From: Planctomycetia bacterium
GTDB lineage: Bacteria; Planctomycetota; Planctomycetia; Pirellulales; PALSA-1355
Assembly: GCA_041497975.1 (NCBI GenBank)
Contig: JBGQHN010000003.1
Location: forward strand, 1 to 53,209
Length of the DNA: 53,209 nt
Direction: 5' to 3'
In this document: in pieces, positions 10,636-19,696 of the stretch
Position numbering within the stretch: the stretch's first letter is position 1
Layout: the number at the start of each line of letters is the position of its first letter
Position numbers and translations under genes: made by a program
Notes under the pieces: generated by a model
What the model was told of the DNA's origin: nothing
Seen by the model: the letters and a program-made list of their open reading frames with translations, nothing else
Database searches by the model: none

Positions 10636-10784
10636 ACGACTCGGCACGGCCGCTCATGCATACCAGAGGGTCTGTTCCTTCGAGCGAATCGTTGCCTGGT
10701 CGCAGCCGAGATTTTCAGCCAGGCGCGCAAGTCGTTGACTCGTCTGCAACTTGTGCAGCATGGCCGCAACTGACGCGCGCGGAA

Positions 10785-10843
10785 GAATCCACAGCCAACA
10801 AATTTTCCACGGTTACGAAACGACCAAAAAAAAATTCTCCACA
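10785..10843 (+). promoter_or_regulatory. Cluster of DnaA-box-like 9-mers upstream of dnaA
   Basis: GAATCCACA (10785), TTTTCCACG (10803), TTCTCCACA (10835) vs TTATCCACA consensus, around an A-tract in the intergenic region before dnaA. Confidence 0.55.
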
Positions 10844-11115
10844 CCATGGAAGCTTGTGTCGTCGGGCATTTCCCGACGATTCTTGCGCGGCGGGTTGAAA
10901 TCTATCGCGGGACCTTCCGAGACGCGTTTGACAGCACCGCTAGCGAACGTACAATCGGCGTCTCGGGTGACAAAGAACAGTCCCAGACAGCGCGGCTGTC
11001 GAAGGCAAGCGCGCCCGCTTCTTGGGCATGAGTTTGCATGGTGTTAGCGGCTCAGGCTCGACTCGTCACAAGGCAATTTGCGGCGAGGCAGGTGCGCGCT
11101 GGGGGTCCACAGGAA

Positions 11116-12534
11116 GTGAACACGGACGATAGGGAGATCGTAGCGACGATTCGCGCGCGCCTGGCGGACCGCATCGGGAAAGACCGTTGTGAAGTCTGGT
11201 TTGGCGCGACCACGCAACTTGCCGTGCGCGGCGAGTATCTCGTAGTTACCGTGCCCAACCAGTTCTTTCAGGACTGGCTGCGTTCCAATTTCCGCAAGGA
11301 CCTCGAGGCCGCCGCACTTGCGGCTTGCGGGAAACCGCTGCTAAGTGAGTTTCGAATTGCCGCTGGCGCCGAGGCGGCGCCGATCGCTCAAAACGCGCCG
11401 AGCGCGCCGATTTCGAAGCCGACTCATACACCCACGGCCGACCAGGTAAGCCCCGTCCCCGCAAACCACAACGGCCACGCCTCGCCAGCCACCAAACCCA
11501 GGCGGTTGGCAACTTTCGACACATTCGTGGCCGGAAACTCCAATTGCCTGGCTTACAAATCCGCGCAAATGGCCGCCGAACAGCCGGGCACGTATTCGCC
11601 CATGCTCGTGCATGGCCCGACGGGCACCGGCAAGACGCATCTGCTCGAAGGCACTTGTAGTGCGTTTCGAAAATTGCATCCCGGCGCGAGCACCGTGCTG
11701 CTTTCGGCGGAGCAATTCACTAGTCATTTTCTCGAAGCTCTGCATGGGAGCGGCATGCCGAGCTTCCGCCGCAAGTACCGCGGCCTGGCATTGCTGGCCA
11801 TCGACGACGTGCAGTTTTTCACGAACAAGCGCGCCACGCTCGTGGAACTGCTGCACACCATCGACACGCTATCGCGCGATGGCCGACAGTTGGTGTTTGT
11901 GGCCGATCGTTCGCCCGCGGCGCTGAAATCGTTAGGACCCGAACTGATGGCCAGGCTCTCCGGCGGCATGGCCTGCCGGATAGAGCCGGCCGATTACGCG
12001 ACTCGCTTGGGTATCGTGAGCCAGCAAGCGATGCGATTGGGACTGCGCGTGCCGGCCGAGGTCGAAGCCTACATCGCTTCGCACTTCACCACCCAGTCGC
12101 ATGAACTGGCCGGAGCGCTCAAGAAGTTAAAAGCGACAAGCCTGGCGCACGATCGCCCGATTTCGTTGGCGTTGGCCGAAGAGGCGCTGTTGGAATTGAT
12201 CGATCACCACGGACGCGTGGTCAAGTTGGCCGACATCGAGAAGGCGGTCTGCGACGTGTTCGGCATCAACTCCGAGAGTTTGCAATCTGGTCGCAAGGCC
12301 AGATCGGTTTGTTATCCGCGAATGCTGGCCATGTGGCTGGCCCGCAAGCATACGCGGGCCGGCCTGAGCGAGATCAGCACCTACTTCGGCCGCCGCAGCC
12401 ACAGCACGGTCATCTCCGCTCAAAAGAAGATCGAAGCGTGGATGGCCCAGGCGTCGTCGCTCAAGATCGCCAACGGTTCGCTGAGCCTGGAAGAAACAAT
12501 TCGCCGCGTGGAGCAGACGCTGCGGGTCGGATAG
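11116..12534 (+). CDS. dnaA: Chromosomal replication initiator DnaA (divergent, probably second paralog)
   Basis: Domain I VPNQFFQDW, TFDTFVAGNSN, Walker A GPTGTGKTHLL, Walker B IDDVQF, domain IV PRMLAMWLAR..FGRRSHSTV; GTG start at 11116 is a best guess. Confidence 0.92.
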   Translation: MNTDDREIVATIRARLADRIGKDRCEVWFGATTQLAVRGEYLVVTVPNQFFQDWLRSNFRKDLEAAALAACGKPLLSEFRIAAGAEAAPIAQNAPSAPISKPTHTPTADQVSPVPANHNGHASPATKPRRLATFDTFVAGNSNCLAYKSAQMAAEQPGTYSPMLVHGPTGTGKTHLLEGTCSAFRKLHPGASTVLLSAEQFTSHFLEALHGSGMPSFRRKYRGLALLAIDDVQFFTNKRATLVELLHTIDTLSRDGRQLVFVADRSPAALKSLGPELMARLSGGMACRIEPADYATRLGIVSQQAMRLGLRVPAEVEAYIASHFTTQSHELAGALKKLKATSLAHDRPISLALAEEALLELIDHHGRVVKLADIEKAVCDVFGINSESLQSGRKARSVCYPRMLAMWLARKHTRAGLSEISTYFGRRSHSTVISAQKKIEAWMAQASSLKIANGSLSLEETIRRVEQTLRVG

Positions 12535-12634
12535 CAGGCCGTTAAAAAATGGGACTGCCTCCGAGCCAGATCGCCCGAAAAAGCGTGAAAAATCAAGTCC
12601 GCGAGGTGCCTGTCCCGATTTTGGAACAGGCAGC
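12532..12634 (+). repeat. ~100-bp MITE/REP-like dispersed repeat, copy 1
   Basis: Shares AAAAAATGGGACTG(C/G)CTCCGAGCCAGATCGCCCG and CGCGAGGTGCCTGTCCC with the reverse complement of 40338-40440; imperfect terminal inverted repeats. Confidence 0.85.
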
Positions 12635-12654
12635 CAACTGGTCGACCGCTCGGC

Positions 12655-13944
12655 CTAGACAAAACGCGTCAGTCCCGGCTTGGCCACTTGCGGGAGCGGC
12701 ACTTCGGCCCACTCGTACTTCGAGGGTGTCAGATCCTCGGTCGAGTTGAGACACTGCTCCCACGTCAGCGTTTGGCCGGTGTAGCTGGCCATGCGGCCCA
12801 TGATTGCCAGCATCGTGCTTCGCGCCATGTACACACCATTGTTGAGCGGGTTGGCGGAGCGGATGCCCGCAAACAGCGCTCGATGTTCTTCTTCGTACAT
12901 ATTCGGCTTGGCGCCGCGATAGCGCCAGGCTTGGGGCCCTTCGATGACGGCGTGCATCATTTCCGCCGAGCCTTTGTTGCCCACCAGATGATCGGACACG
13001 TCGACGGAGCAGCCGCCCATCTGCCGGCACTGGGCAAAAAGCTTCACGCCGCCAGCGTACTCATAGACCACGGCAAAGTGGTCGTAGATATTTCCCCATT
13101 GCTCATCGACGCGCACCTGGCGGCCGCCCAGTCCGGTGGCGCGCACGGGCGGCTCGTCGTGCATGGCCCAGGCGGCTTTGTCGAGGCTATGAACGTGCTG
13201 TTCCACGTTGAAATCGCCGGACAGCCAGGTGAAGTACAGCCAGTTGCGCAATTGATACTCCATTGCACTCCACGAGGGCTGACGGCCACGATGCCACAGC
13301 GTGCCGGTGTTATAGCTGACCTGCATGGTCAGAATGTCGCCGATGGCGCCGTCGTGGACCCGCTTGATCAATTCCTGTTTTGGCGGGTCGTATCGGTAGC
13401 ACAACCCGGAGACGATCGAAAGCTTCTGTTGACGAGCCTGTTCGGTCGTTTCGAGCACGCTGCGCACTCCGGGGGCGTCGACGGCAACGGGCTTTTCGCA
13501 AAACACGTGCTTCCCCGAGTCAATCGCGGCCTTCAAATGCGCCGGTCGGAAATGCGGCGGCGTGGCCAAGATCACCACGTCGACGTCGGTGGCCAGCAAT
13601 TGCCGATAGGCGTCAAAGCCCACAAAGCAATGATCGGGCTCGACGGCAACTCGCTCGGGAGCCGTCTTCTTCAACTGCGATAGGCTGGATTGCACGTGAT
13701 CGGGGAATGCGTCGGCCAGGGCCGTCAAGCGAGTATTCGGGTCCGCGGCGAAGGCGTTGCCCACGGCGCCCGTGCCGCGCCCGCCGCACCCGATCAAGCC
13801 GATTTTCAGCAAGTCGCTGCCCGCGGCATGTGCCGCGCGTTCGATCAACAGATTGGCCGCCGCCACGCCCGCGACCGTCGTGGCCGAGCTTTTGAGAAAC
13901 TCTCGGCGCGAGGAAAGCCGATCTTGAGTCTGAGCGTCAAACAT
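12655..13944 (-). CDS. Tat-exported Gfo/Idh/MocA family oxidoreductase
   Basis: SRREFLK twin-arginine signal, IGLIGCGGRG Rossmann motif, HVFCEKP, EQHVHSLD. Confidence 0.92.
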   Translation of the reverse strand: MFDAQTQDRLSSRREFLKSSATTVAGVAAANLLIERAAHAAGSDLLKIGLIGCGGRGTGAVGNAFAADPNTRLTALADAFPDHVQSSLSQLKKTAPERVAVEPDHCFVGFDAYRQLLATDVDVVILATPPHFRPAHLKAAIDSGKHVFCEKPVAVDAPGVRSVLETTEQARQQKLSIVSGLCYRYDPPKQELIKRVHDGAIGDILTMQVSYNTGTLWHRGRQPSWSAMEYQLRNWLYFTWLSGDFNVEQHVHSLDKAAWAMHDEPPVRATGLGGRQVRVDEQWGNIYDHFAVVYEYAGGVKLFAQCRQMGGCSVDVSDHLVGNKGSAEMMHAVIEGPQAWRYRGAKPNMYEEEHRALFAGIRSANPLNNGVYMARSTMLAIMGRMASYTGQTLTWEQCLNSTEDLTPSKYEWAEVPLPQVAKPGLTRFV

Positions 13945-14109
13945 GTGTTTGCACCTTCAGGCGAGCGAGGCGGGATGTTTCGGGCGATGTAGCGATTGAG
14001 CAGAGACGGTCCCGATTATAGCTGACGTCCGGCTGTCCGAAAAAGAGTCGCCAAGGCCAAAATCCGCCGGCAATGGATCCAGCCCGCGGAAGATTTCGTC
14101 AACGCGGTC

Positions 14110-15252
14110 CTAGCGAAGCTTTTGCATCTGGCGCAGAAAATCGGCGTCCAACTGCCCCAGATTATCGCCGAATGCGGCCTGAAACTCTTGCAATCGCGCT
14201 TCGGGATCGTCCCACAAGAGAGGCTCCTTCTGGGACAGCATCTGCAAATAGGCCACGTACTCTTTGGGGTGATGATGAATCAAATAGTAATTCAAGGCCC
14301 ACGCTTCGGCGTACGCATCCAGCGCCGAGCGAGTGTCGCGGATCCGCTTGTCATCGCAAACCAGCGACTTCAGTGACGCGGCGGGGCGAACGGCCAGGTA
14401 TTCGCGAAAGCGCGCGAGCCGGTTGCCGTTGACGGCGCCGATGGTGCGCCACCCCTTGGGGCTTCGTAAATCGGGAGTCTCGAAAAAGACCGCGATTCCC
14501 TCGCTGACCCACAGCGGGATGTCGGCAAAGCGGGTCTGCAGGCCGCTGTTGAAAGCAATCTGGTGCGTGGCCTCATGGATGATCGTGGCCACGAGCTGTT
14601 CGACCTCCGGCCGGTCCAGCATCTTGTTGATCTGAGCCGCCGAACCGCGCCGATCGTCGGCGCTGCGCAGCGATTCGAGGCCGGTCAGATCGTACATCGT
14701 CACGCGGTTGCTGCGCAGGCTGTAATATCCAACGATCGACTCGGTGGAATTGCCCAGTTCGCTGCGCGCGTGTTTGGTATACGAAGCGGGCGTGTTGAAC
14801 ACGATCGCGACCAGTGGAAATTCCGGATCGTGCAGCTTGAAACCTTTACGCGTCCAGAAATTGGCAAAGCCCTTATACAGCCGTTCGAACAGGGCCCCGC
14901 ACCAGGCCGCGTATTCGCGCGAGGTATTGTGGCAAATCAGATAATGATGCGTCGAGTATATCTCGAAACCGGAGGGAAGTTCGCTCAACAGTTGCTCGGC
15001 CAGTTCATCGCGCGACAGCGGACGAAACGCCTCGGCGTCCTGTTTGCGACTTACCAATTGCTTGGGTTCGATCGTCCACAGCGTGCCGTCGCGCGTCATT
15101 AGCAACAAGCCACCGTCCTCGGCCGTGACGACCAGCTGTCCTGAAAGCGTCCGCTCGCGCCCGTCGCTGCGCAGGGTCACATATTCCAGCGCGCACAGCG
15201 AGCTATTTGTGAACAATACGATCAAAAGCGCGCAAGCAGCGAGTCGCTTCAC
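14110..15252 (-). CDS. DUF1570-type secreted putative zinc metallopeptidase
   Basis: Signal peptide; HEATHQ (HExxH) followed by PLWVSEGIA; YAEAWAL. Confidence 0.82.
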   Translation of the reverse strand: MKRLAACALLIVLFTNSSLCALEYVTLRSDGRERTLSGQLVVTAEDGGLLLMTRDGTLWTIEPKQLVSRKQDAEAFRPLSRDELAEQLLSELPSGFEIYSTHHYLICHNTSREYAAWCGALFERLYKGFANFWTRKGFKLHDPEFPLVAIVFNTPASYTKHARSELGNSTESIVGYYSLRSNRVTMYDLTGLESLRSADDRRGSAAQINKMLDRPEVEQLVATIIHEATHQIAFNSGLQTRFADIPLWVSEGIAVFFETPDLRSPKGWRTIGAVNGNRLARFREYLAVRPAASLKSLVCDDKRIRDTRSALDAYAEAWALNYYLIHHHPKEYVAYLQMLSQKEPLLWDDPEARLQEFQAAFGDNLGQLDADFLRQMQKLR

Positions 15253-15380
15253 GACGGTCCGTGGAGAAGAGCAGCAAAAGGGCCTCGAACACTGCTACGT
15301 ACCCAATCATAGCATGCCGCGTTCCCGACAAGCCATGTCAAGAGTCGCGGCCCGTCAGGAATTCGCTGCCCCAAGAATCC

Positions 15381-16961
15381 TTAGCCGTCTCGCGGCGCTC
15401 TGCGCGCAAGCACCGCGACGACCATCGCCAACAGGAAGAACGTCGCCAGCACGCTCAGCGAAACCCCTGCTACCCGGTCGTCGACGCCGTAGTGAATCAA
15501 GCCGAAAATCTGGATCGGCAACGTGATCACGCCGGGAGGCGCGACCAGGATGCTGGCCGATAGTTCTCCCCAGGCGACGGCCAGCGCCACGAGCCAGGCC
15601 ACTGCCACGGCCGGCCACCGCTCGGGAAGCGCGACGCGGAAAAACCTGGTCAGCGCCGTGGCGCCTTCTAACGTAGCGCTGTGCAGAGTGTCGGCCGGAA
15701 TCGTTCGCAGCGCGTACCACAGCACTAACGTGCAAAGCGGCAAGGCGCGCAGTGTCTGCGCGATGCAAATAACGGCAATCGAATGATCGTACAAGTAAAC
15801 GAGCCATGGCCATTCGGGCGTGTTGAAGCACGCGATCAGCCCCAGCCCCACCAGCGGGCCCGGGACCGCCAGGCCCAGAGCAATCGTCAACCACGCTCCA
15901 GCCGCGCGCCATCCGCCTTCGCGCGCGTTCCAGGCCAATGCCAGGCCGATGACAACGGCCGCGGTGGCCGCCAGGCTTCCGATGGCAATCGACCAGCCAA
16001 ACTCACGCGAGAACCGCAATGGGCTGTCGAGCACTACCACCACAAATTGTCGCGGCGACCAATGGCGCACCAGTTGCGGGCCGTGCCGCGAGACGACCAT
16101 GCCGGCCTTGGCCACGAGATTCACAAGCGGAACGCCGAAAAGCAACCCGACCGCCGAGAGTGCCACGATGCTCGCCGGCGCGCGCCACGGTCCGAGTCGA
16201 AAAACGCGGCTTTCGCGCTGCGAGGCGTGACGGTCCGGCGGCACGAGTCGACTGGTCAGCACAAGCCCCGCCACGATGACCCAAGCCGCGACAATCCCAC
16301 TCGGCAAAAGGTTCCACGGAGCGGCGCCGAGCGTGTCTCCCAGGGCGAATTCGGTATAGAGTTGCTCGGCAAAGGTGCGGACTTGAAACAAATCGGTAAC
16401 GGTCATTTCACCCGCCGTCGTGATGGCGACCCAGAGAAACGCGGCGACTATCGCTTGGGAGGAGCGCTTGAGCGTCACGCGGCGGAATACCCGGCCAGGC
16501 GTGGCATCGAGCAGCGCCTCTTCCTCCAACTCCGGCTCGGCCAGGCGCAAGCCCAGCCCCACGATCGCGACGACCCAAGGAATTGCGGCCAAAGTGTGGA
16601 CGGCAATGGCTCCGCGCCAGCCCTCCAATGGCGGCAACCCGCCGACCAACGACGTACACCATCCGTGCAACCCGAAACCGGCCTGCCAGGCCGTCGCCTG
16701 CAGGTACAAGGGGGTGAAGACGAGCGCCAGCAGCAACAGGCTTGCCGGCTTGCGTGCCACGACGTTTGACCGGGATAGCAGAAAAGCCAACGGCGCACCC
16801 AGAAGGACGCTAGCAGCGGCGACGGCGCCAGAAATCAGAATCGTGTTGCCGCCCAACTCGGCGGCTCGCTCATCGGCGGCTAAAATCGGCAAGCTCAGCG
16901 CGACGACCGCCAAGATGGCAAGACAGAGGAACTTGCTTGATTGCGCCGACAAAGGGTTCAT
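15381..16961 (-). CDS. ABC transporter permease, iron(III)/FbpB-type with duplicated domains
   Basis: Multiple TM helices and two EAA-loop regions (ELEEEALLDA; LHSATLEGAT..FFRVALP). Confidence 0.8.
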   Translation of the reverse strand: MNPLSAQSSKFLCLAILAVVALSLPILAADERAAELGGNTILISGAVAAASVLLGAPLAFLLSRSNVVARKPASLLLLALVFTPLYLQATAWQAGFGLHGWCTSLVGGLPPLEGWRGAIAVHTLAAIPWVVAIVGLGLRLAEPELEEEALLDATPGRVFRRVTLKRSSQAIVAAFLWVAITTAGEMTVTDLFQVRTFAEQLYTEFALGDTLGAAPWNLLPSGIVAAWVIVAGLVLTSRLVPPDRHASQRESRVFRLGPWRAPASIVALSAVGLLFGVPLVNLVAKAGMVVSRHGPQLVRHWSPRQFVVVVLDSPLRFSREFGWSIAIGSLAATAAVVIGLALAWNAREGGWRAAGAWLTIALGLAVPGPLVGLGLIACFNTPEWPWLVYLYDHSIAVICIAQTLRALPLCTLVLWYALRTIPADTLHSATLEGATALTRFFRVALPERWPAVAVAWLVALAVAWGELSASILVAPPGVITLPIQIFGLIHYGVDDRVAGVSLSVLATFFLLAMVVAVLARRAPRDG

Positions 16962-17164
16962 GTAGCTAGTGTACGCGCGAGAGGACGTCAGGACACATCG
17001 ATCGCCCCACCCTGCCCCGCGACCCATGGTCAACTGCCCATCCTTCCCAGTTTCGACGACGGCTGATTTGGAGACGATTCATCTGGAACGCCCAGGGGCG
17101 ATTTGTTACAAGCGGGCCGTCATTTCGGCTCTTCTCTCGTTTCCATCTCCCATTCTGAGCGCGC

Positions 17165-17872
17165 ATGCAGGGCCCGGTCCAAAACTTGGCGGTGCTGGCG
17201 ATCTGTTGTTGGCTGGCGTTGTGCTGCGGTTGCGCCGAGATCGCCGGTAACGTAAACGCTTTGGGCTCGCGACTGATGCTGAGGAAAACGCCGGAGCAGG
17301 CGTTGCACATCAAAACGCCCGCCGACCGGATGAAAGAGCTTAAACAACTGGCCAAGGAAGCCAAGAAAAAGAAGCCCGACGAACAACAGCAAGTGGTCGA
17401 CGCGTTGGCCAAGGAATTTTCTCAGGAGAGCGAGCCGATCGTACGGCGGCGCATCCTGCGCACGCTGGCCGTGTATCCGCAGCCGGCGGCCGGAAGCGTG
17501 ATCGTCGGCGCGCTTTCGGACAGCGACACGGAGACTCGCCGTACGGCGTGCACGTGCTTGGGAATTCGGGGCGACAAGCCGGCCGTGGCCGAACTGACTC
17601 GCGTGCTCTCCAGCGATACGAACCCCGACGTGCGAATCGCCGCCGTGCGCGCCTTGGGTCAAACGCGCGATACCTCTGCACTGGCTCCCCTGGCCGAAGC
17701 GATCGTCGACCCTGACCCCGCCATGCAGGCGCGGGCTCGCGAGTCGCTCTCCGCCGTCAGTGGCCGCGACTATGGCAACGACGCGCAGGCTTGGCGCGAA
17801 TATGCCAAGACGGGCAAGACGGCGGCTCCCGAAGTCAGCATCGCCGAGCGACTTCGTCGCACCTTGTTCTAA
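17165..17872 (+). CDS. HEAT-repeat lipoprotein
   Basis: Lipobox-like LCCGC; repeats EPIVRRRILRTL, DTETRRTACTCLG, NPDVRIAAVRALG, DPAMQARA. Confidence 0.82.
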   Translation: MQGPVQNLAVLAICCWLALCCGCAEIAGNVNALGSRLMLRKTPEQALHIKTPADRMKELKQLAKEAKKKKPDEQQQVVDALAKEFSQESEPIVRRRILRTLAVYPQPAAGSVIVGALSDSDTETRRTACTCLGIRGDKPAVAELTRVLSSDTNPDVRIAAVRALGQTRDTSALAPLAEAIVDPDPAMQARARESLSAVSGRDYGNDAQAWREYAKTGKTAAPEVSIAERLRRTLF

Positions 17873-18157
17873 ACAAGCGGTTTCGGCAACCGGCACAGGC
17901 CGCAGCTTTTTCTCAGTCGGCGCGGCACATCTGGCTCTTTCCGCACGTTTGGGAATCGGCCCTCCGCGGGGCAGGCGAAATCACGCCAAACCCATCATCG
18001 AAATCGGCCGGTCCGTCCGATATCAATACTCCGTCAGGCCGCTTGCACTCTCGTGCTTGTACCGAGGGAAGGCCAGGGAAAAACGCATCATAACTTCCTT
18101 AGAATGCATCCTCCCCACCCAAGGACGGCGTGGTTTGGGTCGATTTTGGAGCCTTTG

Positions 18158-19402
18158 ATGAACGGTTGGATTCGGCGAAGTTTATTGTCAGCGTCGGCTG
18201 TCGTGCTGTCCTTTGCGAGTGCCTGTTGGACGGGCCGCCTGATCGGGGCAGAACCCAGTTCGATCGCCTCGGTCGCCTCAGATTCCGGCAAGGTTCTCCG
18301 CCCGACGGCCATCCAGGCGCTCGACGAGCAAGGCGCGCTGCCGAGCGATCCGTCCTCGGCCGAACTGTCTCCCCAGCTAACGGCGCTTGGCCAGCAGGTG
18401 GCCCAAGCGCTGACGATGTACTACCCCAGGCATCAGAACACCCGCGACAACACGCCCTGGGAAGTGATGCACGCGATCATCGCCTATGGAGTCGACACCC
18501 AGTTGTTCAAGGGCGGCCCGGCCGGCCCGAAGGTCAACGCCGTCGGATGGATGTGCTTCAACTATCCATGCGCCGGCGAGCGGATGCTGTTCGTGAATCG
18601 CGACAAAGTGGATGCGCGGCGCGGCGTGGGCGTGCAAGGCCACGCGGGACAGTTCCTGGCCATCCTGGCCCAATCGCACGTCAAAGCCGATTATCCGCTG
18701 TTGGTCAGCAACAAGGAATTCACGCTGTCCGACCTGGTCGAGCACGAAAAGGAAACTTGCATGGCGGGCGAAGAGCTTACGTTCAAGCTGATCTCGCTGA
18801 TGCACTACCTCGATTCCGACGACACCTGGACGACGCGGGACGGGCAGGAATGGTCGATCCAGCGACTGGTGCGAGAAGAGCTTAAGCAACCGATTCGCGG
18901 CGCTGCCTGCGGCGGCACGCACCGCTTGATGGGATTCAGCTACGCGGTCAACAAGCGAATTCAACGGGGAAAGCCGGTTGTTGGCGAGTTTCGCCGGGCC
19001 CAAGTCTTTATCCAGGACTTTCACCGATACACCTTCAGCCTGCAAAATGCCGACGGCAGCTTCAGCACCGAGTGGTTTACCCGCCGCGGCGACAACCCCG
19101 ATATCGACCGCCGCTTGAAAACGAGCGGGCACATCCTGGAGTGGATCGCCTTCTCGTTATCCGATGACGAGCTGCGCGACCCGCGAATGGTCAAGGCCGT
19201 CGACTATCTGTCCACGCTGTTGTTGAAGAACGGACAGCACACGTGGGAGATCGGACCCTTGGGCCACGCTCTTCACGCCCTGGCTATTTATCACAGTCGC
19301 GTGCTGGGCAGCGTGGGTCCCGCGTGGCCGCAAAGTCTGGTCGAAAGCACGATGAACGACGCGGTTTTGGAAGCTCGTCGCCCCACCGAATCCGCCAAAT
19401 AG
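18158..19402 (+). CDS. Secreted conserved hypothetical protein, possible alpha/alpha-toroid fold
   Basis: Signal peptide after ATG 18158; PWEVMH, QGHAGQFLAIL, ACGGTH, LQNADGSF, GHILEW motifs. Confidence 0.72.
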   Translation: MNGWIRRSLLSASAVVLSFASACWTGRLIGAEPSSIASVASDSGKVLRPTAIQALDEQGALPSDPSSAELSPQLTALGQQVAQALTMYYPRHQNTRDNTPWEVMHAIIAYGVDTQLFKGGPAGPKVNAVGWMCFNYPCAGERMLFVNRDKVDARRGVGVQGHAGQFLAILAQSHVKADYPLLVSNKEFTLSDLVEHEKETCMAGEELTFKLISLMHYLDSDDTWTTRDGQEWSIQRLVREELKQPIRGAACGGTHRLMGFSYAVNKRIQRGKPVVGEFRRAQVFIQDFHRYTFSLQNADGSFSTEWFTRRGDNPDIDRRLKTSGHILEWIAFSLSDDELRDPRMVKAVDYLSTLLLKNGQHTWEIGPLGHALHALAIYHSRVLGSVGPAWPQSLVESTMNDAVLEARRPTESAK

Positions 19403-19696
19403 GTCGCGAGGCGCCAGGCGGCGCGGCCGGCGGGCAGGCGTGAAAAACGCCTCGCCATCGAACGGCTTTGCATAGACGCCCACGGTCGATCGTCCGCGCG
19501 CGCCGCCATCGATTCTTGCCGTTGCCGCCGCGCGGCAAAATCTTTACCATTGCGATGCCGTGCTTGGACCGCGCTGGTCTTGATGATTTCGCGCATGACC
19601 ACCGATGGGGGCGAGGCGGTCGGCGGTCGCTTTTGACCACGGGTCGACGCTGGGAGCTGGACTTTTCCGGGCTTCAACCATGAAATGCCCTGTGCC

